From assembly GCF_001194135.2 (NCBI RefSeq), contig NC_068991.1, positions 1,591,821-1,655,820 on the forward strand: a stretch of DNA of 64,000 nucleotides, read 5' to 3'. Position 1 is the first letter of the stretch, and every line of letters begins with the position of its first letter. The notes below the pieces were generated by a model. The model was not told the origin of the DNA, ran no database searches, and worked only from the letters and a program-made list of their open reading frames with translations. This stretch comes from Octopus bimaculoides. Taxonomy: Eukaryota. Both the position numbers and the translations under genes were made by a program. Positions 51,774 through 64,000 of this stretch are shown piece after piece.

Positions 51774-52300
51774 NNNNNNNNNNNNNNNNNNNNNNNNNNN
51801 NNNNNNNNNNNNNNNNNNNNNNNNNNNNNNNNNNNNNNNNNNNNNNNNNNNNNNNNNNNNNNNNNNNNNNNNNNNNNNNNNNNNNNNNNNNNNNNNNNNN
51901 NNNNNNNNNNNNNNNNNNNNNNNNNNNNNNNNNNNNNNNNNNNNNNNNNNNNNNNNNNNNNNNNNNNNNNNNNNNNNNNNNNNNNNNNNNNNNNNNNNNN
52001 NNNNNNNNNNNNNNNNNNNNNNNNNNNNNNNNNNNNNNNNNNNNNNNNNNNNNNNNNNNNNNNNNNNNNNNNNNNNNNNNNNNNNNNNNNNNNNNNNNNN
52101 NNNNNNNNNNNNNNNNNNNNNNNNNNNNNNNNNNNNNNNNNNNNNNNNNNNNNNNNNNNNNNNNNNNNNNNNNNNNNNNNNNNNNNNNNNNNNNNNNNNN
52201 NNNNNNNNNNNNNNNNNNNNNNNNNNNNNNNNNNNNNNNNNNNNNNNNNNNNNNNNNNNNNNNNNNNNNNNNNNNNNNNNNNNNNNNNNNNNNNNNNNNN

Positions 52301-52332
<32 letters not shown>

Positions 52333-53029
52333 CAATTTATGATTCACTCTATCACTGCTTGGATTTTCTATCTACGTGTGGCACTAATAGCAACATAACT
52401 AACACCGAAAAATGAAAATAATTATCTCTAGTTTCTCCTGTCTGTGTTTCAAACTGTACATACAAGCGCTATCACACGCGTGCACCCACACACACCCACA
52501 CCCAAACACATACAGATATGACAGTATCATTGAATTTTGTTACAAGCTTCTTCTGCAACCATTCATTTCATAACTTTATGGAATCAATCCGTTTGTTTAG
52601 TAAAATAGCCTCGTAACGTGGAAATTCCCTGCATTGCATTTGATATTCGAAATGTGATTAATTTCTTGATACATGGTAGTCTGTTGGCTTCCGGCTGTGA
52701 CTGTCATATAGAAGGCTGTTCATTTAAGAGGATATGTGTACGGCAAACAGCATCTTAGCTGTCACACATACTCCTCAATTCAAACAGTGCTTTTAATATA
52801 TAAGCAAACGTACAGCCATACGAGTGTGTGTGTGTGTGTATACATACATACACAAAACACACACGCACACACACATACATATATATACATATGCATACAC
52901 CGATGCACGCAGTCACACCCACAAACTTGTTATATACTCCCACAGAGTGTACGATACCGCATATGAAGGAAACAGTCCTGCGTTTCAACTTGATCTGCAA
53001 GCAATAGCAGTCAAATTTGCCCTCAGACC

Positions 53030-53480
53030 ATGAGTTACGCTACCACCAGAACCACCACAAATTCCGTTACTTCTTCCACCACCATCACCAACACACCACA
53101 GTTGCCTTCATTAGCACTATCACAAGAACTACTGCTATTACAATCACCTCAACCACCACAACCTTCCTCTACCGTTCCCTACAACAACCACCATCACCAA
53201 TACCACCACCGTCTCCAGCACTACAACTACCATCATCACCGCCATCACCAACGCCCATCGCCACCGCCTCCACCACCATTACCACCAGAGCCGCCACCAT
53301 TAACACTATACAACTTCAATCACCATCACCAACACCACTACAGTCCCCACCATTAACACTGTCACAAGCACGGCTGTTATCACAATCACCACCACCGCCG
53401 CCGCCGTTGCCGCTGCCACCGCAATCACTACTACTACTACTACTACTACTACTGCCACCAACAGCATCACCACCACAACT
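53030..53480. repeat. Degenerate (CAC/CAA/CTA/CCG)n low-complexity tract
   Basis: Trinucleotide-derived; explains the P/T/H-rich ORFs. Confidence 0.85.
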
Positions 53481-53589
53481 ACGGCCACCTTTGAGAACCA
53501 GGAATTGACACTCATATTAAATGTGTGTCTTGCACCAATTTGTCCAATGAGAAAGAAAGAAAATATTTTTCTAATGGCTTCACTTGTAA

Positions 53590-54235
53590 TTGAGTAAATA
53601 TTAATGTCTTTAAAATTATTTCGACAGAAAAGCATTGGCGGAAACATTAGATTCTTGTATAAATGCACCAATTACCTCAAGTATAATTTCTACGCTTCTG
53701 TGCCACAATTTCTTCATCTTGTTGATTTGATCCTGGCATATCTCAACTCTCTTAATTTCTTTCATATCCGCTCCACTTTCAAGCTGCGATGAAAACTCAA
53801 GAACGTTGTTCTTTCTGTTTTCTGTATTTAGTCTGTTTCAGTAGTACGGTCAGTCTTGAAGAAATCTCATAACCTCTTCTAATAATCATTCAGGATGGCA
53901 GCACTTGACTCGTGTTCGCACCATTACTCCGTCATTTCACATTACAAAACATTCTTTCACCGACACAGACATGTCAGTATTTATATCGTTTTTGTGTAAG
54001 TACTGCACTCCTTTAGCAGAGAGTTCATACTTTCGCCCCTTTTGTCAACATTCTGTATTTGATGTTCGATCGAGTCCTATTACACTTTGTCTTTGTCAAA
54101 CTCTTTCAGTAATTCAGTCTTCGTTGTAGCTTTCCATGTCTAAGCGCAACTGGTGTTCTTTGTATCTAACTTGCTCGGTTTCTTACATGAATTCTTCTTG
54201 TAATTCTTTTTCTATTAAATTCTTTATCTTGTTCC
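53590..54235 (-). mobile_element. Decayed R4/Dong-like LINE, zinc-knuckle to endonuclease region
   Basis: Minus strand pieces DKRGESMNSLLKECS..QKRYK, WCEHESSAAILNDY*KRL*DFFKTDRTTE and KMKKLWHRSVEIILEVIGAF match ET..HI.SEC..LAQK.YK.RHD, KWYEH.P....EN...K.LWDF..QTD and K.LW....VEVIPVVIGALG, in order. Confidence 0.68.
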
Positions 54236-54609
54236 CAAAGTTCTTGAAGGCGGAGGTAATAATTACAGTAACAACAACAGATACCAAACTCTACGTTCTG
54301 AGTTCAAACCCGACCACGTTCGTGCTTATTATTAATCTGATCTGGGTAAAAAAAAAAATCACAAAAGAACATCAAACAGAATCTTAGCCAATGTGTAAAC
54401 GGTAAGTTATTGGAGATCTGTCTAATCAACATCAGATAATGAAATAATGAAAGCATTTTGGTGGCGCCGGGGAATGGGATAGTGGGGGCGTTGGTGGTGA
54501 TAGGGGGGGGGTAGCGGTGGTATGACGGTGTTTGCGTACTGTCTTTTGCTACAGGAGAAAGAAAATCTGGTAATTGGAGAATGACGATTCCTTGAAATAA
54601 ACAGTAAAC

Positions 54610-54872
54610 AAATGCACACTCACACACACACATATACACACACACATATACACACACACATATAAAAGCACACATATACACGGACGCATACAAAGAAATA
54701 AAGAGGAAAAAAGATCAGAAAAAAAGGAAGAGAGTAAGAATGGTAAGAATCATTTTAATGTGATACTTTGATATTTTTCCAATTTGGCTGCGATGGCCTG
54801 CAGCGTTAAAATATGTTCTAGACATGTTTCCGTTATACATATACATGCATATACATACATACATACATACAC

Positions 54873-54927
<55 letters not shown>

Positions 54928-55051
54928 CATATATATATATATATATATACATACATACACACATATATATATATACATATATGTATATATGTATACATAT
55001 ATATGCATTTATATATATATATATATATATATGTAATATATATATATACAG

Positions 55052-55116
<65 letters not shown>

Positions 55117-55400
55117 CATATACATACATATATATATATATATATATGTATACGTGCATATTCATTTATACATATTTATATGTATGTATATATGTACGCA
55201 TTTATGCATGTGTGTGTGCATGTGTGTATGGAGTGTGTGTATTCCAATGCATGCAAACGTAGACGCATATTTATATATACAAATAGAGATACACGTTTAT
55301 AAATGTTCACAGACACACACATACACATAGCGCACACATACACACATATGTATACATCCACGCATAAATATGCATACATAAATCTATCTAGATCTTTATA
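54610..55400. repeat. Compound (CA)/(TA)/(TACA) microsatellite field
   Basis: Directly visible; ends at an N-gap. Confidence 0.92.
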
Positions 55401-55657
55401 AANNNNNNNNNNNNNNNNNNNNNNNNNNNNNNNNNNNNNNNNNNNNNNNNNNNNNNNNNNNNNNNNNNNNNNNNNNNNNNNNNNNNNNNNNNNNNNNNNN
55501 NNNNNNNNNNNNNNNNNNNNNNNNNNNNNNNNNNNNNNNNNNNNNNNNNNNNNNNNNNNNNNNNNNNNNNNNNNNNNNNNNNNNNNNNNNNNNNNNNNNN
55601 NNNNNNNNNNNNNNNNNNNNNNNNNNNNNNNNNNNNNNNNNNNNNNNNNNNNNNNNN

Positions 55658-55711
<54 letters not shown>

Positions 55712-56379
55712 TGTATGTCTTCTTTATTTTCGAGACTTCGAGGCGTTCTTTCACATGGAAATGATGACTATTTTTTCAGTTCTAAACTTGTTCGGCTGCA
55801 TCAGCAAGTAATAAGGGTTAATTATATCAGTTGATTTGACTTGCTGACAGTTCATTACAAACAGAAGGGATTTAGCTGTTTTAATAGTACACTGAGGGGA
55901 TACCTTAGTCGGCTTCATAGTTTTGTCTCTTTTGCAGTTTTCAATATCTTTCTCTGCAAGATTTCTACATTGATATCTATATTAATTAAGAAGGACAGTT
56001 TTGCTGAGATATCAGCAATGATATAACCACCGATACCGACATGGTATAGTGCAGCACAAAAGAGTATAGTAGTTGTCTATATCGTGTAGTATTGGTGTAT
56101 ATATTATAGATTTGGACTAGATGTTATATTACGGGGCCAAATACTAGGGGAGCTAGGGAAGCAATGAGTAGAGGTAGACCCTTTTGTGTCTCGCCCGTTG
56201 CACCCAACCTGATAGGTTAGACGCGTATCAGTGGGTCTCACTCACTCCTTGAATCTCTTAAGTGCTGGCTCCAATTATTACATTCCGTTACACCGACTCA
56301 GCTCATGACAGGGTGATGTTGACACTCTAACACTAGTCGTGGGGAGGAGTTGCGGCAATGACCAATAGCCGGAGCGGAT

Positions 56380-56865
56380 GAGTCTTACGAAGACCAGCGA
56401 CCAGATGTCCGTGAGTAAATGCGATCCACCCAATATTTCGTGGACCTCGGCCAGCAGTGAACAGAGAGAACTCGATTTACGGTGTCTTTCCTAAATGCAA
56501 ATTGTTGGGCTTCAGGTTAGTAATCTGTCCCTGGAAAAAAAAACCCCAAGCAACGAAAACAATTCAAAGAGCGAAGAACTGGCAGCATCGGACGAAGCGG
56601 TCCGACGCCCACTGTCCGTTGCCATCTTGTAAGCGCCGACTGAGTTGGCTGAAACATGTCGGAAGACGACCGACGAACATACTCGGCACCCAAGTCCTAA
56701 ATAGAAACCTCAAGGGCTGCGGTTCAGGGGACATCTCAGACGATCAAAAAGGATATTCAATGGAATGTTATCCTGTGGGTCTCTACTGACCAATTGCGCT
56801 CTTGTATGTTCGCAGGTGTCACTCGACGAGGGAGGACTTAAGCCTCAGTGTAAATACTATGGGAA
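56380..56865 (+). mobile_element. RTE-like LINE 3' end
   Basis: ORF 56457-56789 contains CKRRLSWLKHVGRRPTNILGTQVL, resembling RTE RRLRWxGHVxRM; followed by a ...IKKD-like end and the tail gtcactcgacgagggaggacttaagcc. Confidence 0.6.
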
Positions 56866-57049
56866 CAGTAGACATGTTATGATAGACCTAATGGTTTAGT
56901 AACAGATTAAATGGGATTGTGATCTTCTAAAAGGTATCGATGGTGAATTGGTTTCAAGTCTGATTAATACTTCAAGCCTAAGTCTTGGAGAAACGTATAC
57001 TTAATTTGATCGACGCCAATATCTGATGCAGATATCTCTACATGGTCTC

Positions 57050-57230
57050 CTAACATGCCAGGAATAGCAGCTAAGTCTCCCTTAAACCACATCCTACAGT
57101 CGTTAAAGTGGGACATCTTGGATCATGTAATCCAAGGTATACTTTTGAAAGAAGAGCAGCTGTGATTGAGGGAAATATAACTGCCATGTTTAGATGATCA
57201 ATCACTTATTTAATCCCAGATCAACGTTGA
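57050..57230. repeat. Interspersed repeat family D (gctagaaatagcagccaaatctcc-type); further copies at ~15516, 16528-16650, 19376-19440, 20925-20955 (opposite strand), 22167-22270, 28815-28890
   Basis: Shared core (g)acctgc(t/c)agaaatagcagc(t/c)aa(a/g)tctc..ttaaa.cacac in at least 6 places. Class not determined. Confidence 0.65.
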
Positions 57231-58230
57231 TCGAACAAATACTATCAAAAGCCTTATAGCCGTGACTATCCCATCTGTTTATCGTGTAGAGTGTGTCCGT
57301 AGCTGGATTAGTTAATATGTTAAAAAAAAAAAGGACACACACACATACCCAAAAGCAGCAATATGTTCTTTGGGGTCGATATTGGCAGCCATTTGTAGCA
57401 GGTTCAGGTATGAAATAGAGACTTCATAATTAACTCGGGTACCTACATTTGTTCTGCGATCTTGCATTGAATTATTCCCCAACCATCTTGGTTATTGAAT
57501 TATTCATTTTGCCTTGTCAAATACAACACTGATTCGTTGCCCTACAGTGATTCCGTAAGCAATCTTTTAACAACATTTGTCAAGGCGTAGTTTGCAAAAA
57601 CGGTTAAATAATACATTGTTTGTATTTACATAGGTGAAATGATGCTTTCAAAACACCACTGTGTATATTTTAGAACTGAATTTGCATCCAAGTCCACTCA
57701 ATTCTTCTTAAAACAGTCTCTTTCGTTGTCTACTACAGAATTCTCAATAACGTCTTAAAGACTTTGTGTTTTTCTGACGCACTTCAACGCATTATCCTTT
57801 GGAGATTATCACGTGGTAATTGATCAAACTACTTAAGACATACTTAAAATTACAATGAAATGCAAAATAAAAAGGAAAAAAAGAAACAAATGGCCGTACG
57901 GTCAATTCTGTTACATTCTACACCTAATTGTTGAACACACAAAATAAATAAAAAATACTCTCGACAAAAGACCATTTGTGTCTTTTATTCAGCAAACAGG
58001 ATATTCTTTCATTTCACGTGGTTTCAATCTGTTTTGGTATTATTTCTTGCCAAAGACAGAAATAAACGGAATACGTAAAAGCTTTATGAATCATTAAAGA
58101 GTCTTTTTACTAAACATTCTCTTTCAAATTCACTTTATTTTTTAAGAAGTGTATGACAAATATTTACACACAGACGCAGGCAAACATATATATATACACT
58201 CACAGCCCCCCACACATACATACATCTATG

Positions 58231-58273
<43 letters not shown>

Positions 58274-58292
58274 ACACACACATACATATGTA

Positions 58293-58325
<33 letters not shown>

Positions 58326-59005
58326 GTGGGGGGGGGTATATGTATGTATATATATGTATATTTATATAAACGCTCGCATAACAAGTTTCCTGGTCGTGTT
58401 TCTAGGTTTTCTAAGACAGGCTTATATATAAAGAGTAAAGAAATATCCATGCACAAACGTATTCGATGGAAACATAGTTTGATATAATGAACATAAACCA
58501 AAGTAATTACTTATAATTAAGTAAGTGAAATAGATAAACCAATTAGTAGGAAGGTAATGAAAATGTCGTCTTAATCAGCTATTTGCAAATACCATATGCT
58601 AACGATGGCATGTCGTTATTAGTTAAAGCTTGTTCACATAGTCTCAATGTGTGGGCTGAGGTAGTTGATATGGTGATTTATAGTGGTGTTGTGCTTAATT
58701 GCTTATCTTTATATTGTGAGTTCAAATTCAACCAAAGTTGGGTTTCGTTGGTCTCTATTTTACAATCAATAAAAAGAAAAATACCAGTTGTGTATTCGAT
58801 TGTTTAATCGATCTTAGAAACAAGATGTAACTTATACGAGTCATTTTGGAGATTCTCGGCTCCTGGCGGAAGACACCTTTGCACCGTTTCGGCGACAACA
58901 CTCCAACCACAGTTCTATATTTAAGAGATGAGGAATTATGTACATTATTTACATTTGACGGATATTTGTCCTCATCTTGTTTGTCGATAAAAAACATATA
59001 TACAT

Positions 59006-59045
<40 letters not shown>

Positions 59046-59093
59046 ACACATACACACACACATATATACATACACACACGCGCGCACGCGCGC

Positions 59094-59131
<38 letters not shown>

Positions 59132-59208
59132 GAATATTCTTGACGGTGATTTCGAAGTTTCCGATAACTAAGCCATCAAAACTTTCGAAGTTACTGTCAA
59201 GAACATTC
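59132..59208 (+). other. 77-nt imperfect hairpin (pre-miRNA-like or palindromic TE remnant)
   Basis: gaatattcttgacggtgatttcgaagttt / aaactttcgaagttactgtcaagaacattc pair over ~29 positions with 3 G-U wobbles, 1 mismatch and 1 bulge; 18-nt loop. Confidence 0.55.
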
Positions 59209-59371
59209 TTATATAAGAATAATAAATTTGTATTCTGCAAAGTTTTGTTAAATATATTAAACAATCTAATCACGAGTTTGTAGTTTTTGTTGTCATGGCT
59301 GCTACTAGTGGTGTTTTTATTATTATTCTAGTTATTAATGCTGGTGGTGCTGTTCGTGATGATGATGATAG

Positions 59372-59403
<32 letters not shown>

Positions 59404-60110
59404 CTACTGCATTTTGCTTGTGTTGTTTCTTTTGTTGTTGCTGCAATTGTTGTTGTTCAGCTCTAATTACGCGGAGTGTCCGTCGTTGTTGACTTATTTC
59501 CCCGTCTATCAACGTAATGGCGGCTACCACGTCCGTCGCAGCAACAATGACCAGCTGAACAGATTTAGCCAAAATAATGGCCCATTCATTTGAATGTTGA
59601 TCACAATTTTGGTTAAACAAACTGCTTTTCAATTCGCAAAACCAATTTAAAGAGGATCGAATTCCTATTGTCAAAAGAATCGCGAGGCAGAAAAAAAATC
59701 CCAAAGGAACACCTAAGCATCGCATCAATTCTATTCAATGTACTTATTCCACGATCGAGTATTGCAAAACACTTGGATACCACTGCTACTACTACTACTA
59801 CTACTAATAATAATAATAATAATCATAATAATAATCATAATAATAATAAGCAGAGGCGGTGGGGAAGCATCATAGCCATGTGTTCAGATGAATTGTTTGA
59901 GGTTTGGATAATTCACCTTTGGAAACATAGGTGTTTCGTTCATCATCATTAAACAAACCTTATTCAGGGACATTTTGAGCGGGATGGGCCATTCAACCTG
60001 AAGAAAATTCTAACTGGACCTCACCTGCAAGGTCATGCGTTGTTTATCTTCATATGAGATCACTATGTCACGCACATATGGTTGTGATGCATGTACCTGG
60101 TGTTTCACTC

Positions 60111-60144
<34 letters not shown>

Positions 60145-60164
60145 GGGAAAGGAATGCAGAACAA

Positions 60165-60420
60165 ACCTACAAACTGGAAAAAACAGAAGCAATCTCTATA
60201 ATAATAGGTGCATAACCAAAACCGTAGGACTTACAAAGGTATGTAAGATACAGAAAATAACATTACTAGGCAACGCGCACATCCTAGGGAAAACAGCAGT
60301 CTCATTGCAGTGAAAATAAGAGTAACACAACAAACCACAGCAGAGACTCGAGGCGTACAGAGCTGCGCTCGGTGGTGCAGTGAAAGCACGTGGAGGGGTG
60401 AGACACCAACAGCAGCGATA
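60165..60420 (+). mobile_element. R4/Dong-like LINE 3' end, preceded by (AAT)n
   Basis: KTEAISIIIGA*...TVGLTKVCKIQKITLLGNAHILGKT resembles ..T..IPIIVGALG....IQK..LLG.AHILR; same 3' UTR as the 38265 and 40165 copies. Confidence 0.75.
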
Positions 60421-60970
60421 ACAACAAACCATAATTAAAACGACTTCGAATTACAAAATATTTTAAGAAACGAACAAATATATCGATACTGATTTCACTT
60501 TATTTTCATATTCATCACTTAGTGGGCGTCTAGATTGAATGTCGCAAATACGATTGAACCGCAACACTAAAATTATGACAGAGAGTGCATTATTTTAATA
60601 GGTTCCTTCAGTAAAATAACACAGTTGGATATTTACTCTCATAAGGCCAATAATATGATTATTTTTCATTTAGCTAACTTTCTATATATTTCTATAAATC
60701 GGAAGCAGTAATTGTGAACGAACCGTTTTGAAAAAATATGACGTTAACATATTTTAAAACAATTTTTTGCTCTAATAGTTTCCGAATATTATTCTCTTTC
60801 CGTCTCTTTCTTTTTATTTTATTCGTGAAAAACAAGTTTCATACATTGTTTATATGAATTTTAAAAGCTCGGCTTCAAAATGGGCCTCAAAAGATATTCG
60901 AAACGCAGGAAGTATAGAGTTTTACGGAGTTTAACTGGAGAGACTGGCAGGAAATAATTCAATATATATA

Positions 60971-61235
60971 CAGGGTGCGGTGAATAAATTGTCGTCTAAA
61001 TTACGTGAAATGAAAATAACACTGACATCTCATTTTAAGAGATATATTTACCAAAATTACATAAAAATATCGTGAAATACTAAAGAGTAAATCTATTCAG
61101 TAAAATCGCCATTGGCTTCAACCACGGCCTCCAGACGACTTCGGAATCTCCTGCAACTCTACTGGACGGTTTCCTTGTTTAAGTCGGTCAATGCTGCCAT
61201 AATCTCTGCCTTCAGTCATCTTTGGTGTTACAAGT
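60971..61235 (-). mobile_element. Tc1/mariner-superfamily transposon 3' end with TIR
   Basis: TA|cagggtg terminus at 60969-77. Minus strand CNTKD/LKAEIMAALTDLNKETVQ*SCRRFRSRLEAVVEANGDFTE* is a typical transposase C-terminus (AC..F..RL.AV..A.G..FE). Confidence 0.72.
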
Positions 61236-61952
61236 TTTGTTGGTCTCTCGCTCTGTTGAGAGAATGGCAGCGCCTTAAGCTTCAGTTTTTATGTTATTTA
61301 CACTTGGTGGCTCTTCGTTTTCTAATATAGTCTGAAATGCTTATCTTTTAATTGTTAGATGAATTCGATTAATTCATACCTCATAATTGTGGGCCCGACG
61401 CTCTAAACACTGAACCATGAGCTTTTGTCATCGGAGAATAACTTCTCGCTTTTATGACGACATCGTGTTCAACACACTCGGCTCATTGGCGCAAGTCAGT
61501 CTGAGACACCGGTGTTTCAGCATGTTATGTCCCCTCAGCTAGAAGTACACGGACACGATTTTATTTCATCGCTCTTCTGCTCTGCTAGTTTCTTTCATTT
61601 ATTTATCTACCGATCCACCACCCTCGTGACTCTATCGTCCAACGCTATGAATTCAATGAGCCACAGCCCTACCACGAAACCAAACTGTGATAACGCCATG
61701 TAGGTTCTGATATAATAACAATGACGCTGACAGCATACATGAGAATTCAGTCGGTGCAAGAAACACGAACAACGTCTGTATTTCAAGCAGGTTCTTTCTC
61801 CTGATATGTCAACGTGATGTGATGTTCACAACCGTCAACAGGAAATTGTTGCAGAGAATCGACTAATTTAATTTTATTTACCTGGTCCGATCGAAGTTAT
61901 TTATTTATGCAGTCTACTATTTTGTCGCCTAAAGTCGTTGTGCTGTTGATGC

Positions 61953-62011
<59 letters not shown>

Positions 62012-62024
62012 CGTGCGTGCGTGT

Positions 62025-62060
<36 letters not shown>

Positions 62061-62446
62061 ATAGATAGGTAGATATCATATACGTAAAACTTAATGGACG
62101 ATTTTGTACATATATATTCATTTTGATATCAGAGAGGCGCACATACATCGACACGTCATAACTTGAAATCCGATCACGTTGGACATTAACGCCCTAACGG
62201 TCAAATTCTGACAATCTCTACAGATTCGAGGCTCCCACTAAAAATTTACAGCAAAAAAGCGAATATCCCTCCACATCTTGAAGATGTGGCTTAGATAACC
62301 TGGAGAAGTTGATAAACATGAATTTAGGAACATTATTGCACCAAACGAATTATAAGACTGTGATAAACAAACACAAGAGATCAGAATCTTAATTATACGT
62401 GTGTGTGTATGCATGTAGGTAGATATGTGTGTATGTTCGTATATAT

Positions 62447-62509
<63 letters not shown>

Positions 62510-62510
<1 letters not shown>

Positions 62511-62610
62511 GACGGGCTTTTTTCAGTTTTCGTCTGCCAAATCCACTGACATGGCAACCGAAACCATACAGTTGGAAACCAAGCTTCCTACCACACAGCT
62601 ACGCCTACGC
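62510..62610 (-). mobile_element. SINE family B head with internal deletion
   Basis: gacgggcttttttcagttttcgtctgccaaatccact joined directly to gaaaccatacagttggaaaccaagcttcctaccacacagc. Confidence 0.75.
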
Positions 62611-63479
62611 CAAATACATATTTAATTTTCTTCTGCCTGCTTATTAGAAAGCTCTTAAAATATCTAGTCTTAGGTAATCATGTAAAGCATAATTTCGTTC
62701 TTATTAGAAATTATCAGCATGAAATAACCCAAGACAAATAAATTAACTAAATTAAACATTTTACGAAGCGTGACATTTTTTATGGGTAGAAAATAATTAC
62801 ATTTTGAGAGAAATTCATGGAATGTTGCTTTGTTTATTTATTTTTCTTCTGTTTTTAAATTTTTTTTTTTTCATAGATAGTTAGTAGTTCAACAATTAAG
62901 AGACAAAAGAGGGAAATATTTCTTCCTTAGTCTGCGAAAATGAGTAATTGGTCAATGGTGCTGCTGTATGTTTCTTTTTTTTTTCTTTTACAATACAAAT
63001 GGAAGGACGTGTGTTTTTAGCTTAGCGTCCCTATTTTATACAAGGCAATAAATATATTTTGCTAAAACTATAAACAGTAAATTATACTTTATATTTTTAT
63101 TTGTAATAAAAAAAAAAGAAGTCTTTACTGTACTTCTATCAATTAATTAATTAATTAAATTTCTCCAGCGTTTTTGCTAATGTTATGCAAATTCGGTAGA
63201 CCAATTTAATATTTCTCATGTTTGTATATGTTATAAATATTTATAAGGTAGTAGTGACCTCGTGATGAGGAATATTAGCAAAATTACCTGCGATGAAGCG
63301 ATACAAAGCATGAAAACCATTCCACCTGATCTGATTGCGATGAAGAAAACAAAAACAAGATTCAACAAAGGTTTCTACTTTTCACTCTGAGGTACACTAT
63401 GCCAGTTTGCTGTCAGCAGACACTCGTAAGTCTAACTTAGGTGATTGTTTATAGAAATAAGCGCGATACTCGATGCATA

Positions 63480-63532
63480 GCTGCTATACACACGCACGCG
63501 CACACTCACACACATATGTGTGTGTACATATA

Positions 63533-63578
<46 letters not shown>

Positions 63579-63803
63579 CATATATATACATACATACATA
63601 TATATATATATATACATATATATGCGCACATACACATAACCATATATATATATTACATATACATATACACACGCACACATATATATATATATATATATAC
63701 ATATATATACATATATACATATATACATATATATGCGCACATACACATAACCATATATATATATTACATATACATATACACCCGCACACACATATATATA
63801 TAT

Positions 63804-63840
<37 letters not shown>
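63480..63840. repeat. (TA)/(CA) field with a ~105-bp tandem duplication
   Basis: atatgcgcacatacacataaccatatatatattacatatacatatacac occurs twice (~63620 and ~63730). Confidence 0.85.
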
Positions 63841-63843
<3 letters not shown>

Positions 63844-64000
63844 GAAGAAAAGGTAAAACACAAGGTGCTTTTTATTATTAACCCAGCAAACTGGTAGAAT
63901 GAAGTTTATTCCAGTAGAATTCGTTCGTTCAACCTAAAGAAATACAGCCTTCTTTTGTCCGCACTTCTCGCCGATTATTCTGTTAATCTGCCGTACTTAG

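Noticed and set aside
59270-59850. Minus ORF 59270-59728 with Q/S runs, suggestive of a transcription-factor low-complexity region
   Set aside because: Built from (GAT)n, (TGT)n and (AAT)n microsatellites; no folded domain or splice support.

Overview
AT-rich, microsatellite- and transposon-saturated animal (eukaryotic) scaffold with six N-gaps. The repeat families and the (TA)n/(CA)n load look to me like an octopus/coleoid cephalopod genome; this is inference and was not checked. The only host protein-coding sequence I can support is the last two coding exons of a rhodopsin-class GPCR of the cholecystokinin/gastrin/sulfakinin receptor family on the + strand: 18854-19178 (ICL3-TM6-ECL3) and 23725-23923 (TM7, NPITY, C-tail, stop). 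They have canonical GT-AG sites and matching phase 2. The TM1-TM5 exons were not found in the window. The rest is intronic or intergenic: at least three tRNA-derived SINE families; decayed LINEs (R4/Dong-like, Tx1-like, RTE-like, CR1-like); Penelope-like remnants; decayed DNA transposons (mariner, Tc1/Tc3, hAT MITE, Chapaev-like, Helentron-type non-autonomous); and a ~300 bp foldback element. Nearly all entries of the supplied ORF track are artefacts of simple repeats or N-gaps. I found no convincing novel multi-gene system. The best second-look items are a pre-miRNA-like 77-nt hairpin (59132-59208), a minimal hammerhead-ribozyme-like motif (34001-34038, - strand), R4/Dong-like fragments sitting in (AAT)n tracts, and a cryptic splice acceptor just upstream of the receptor exon.
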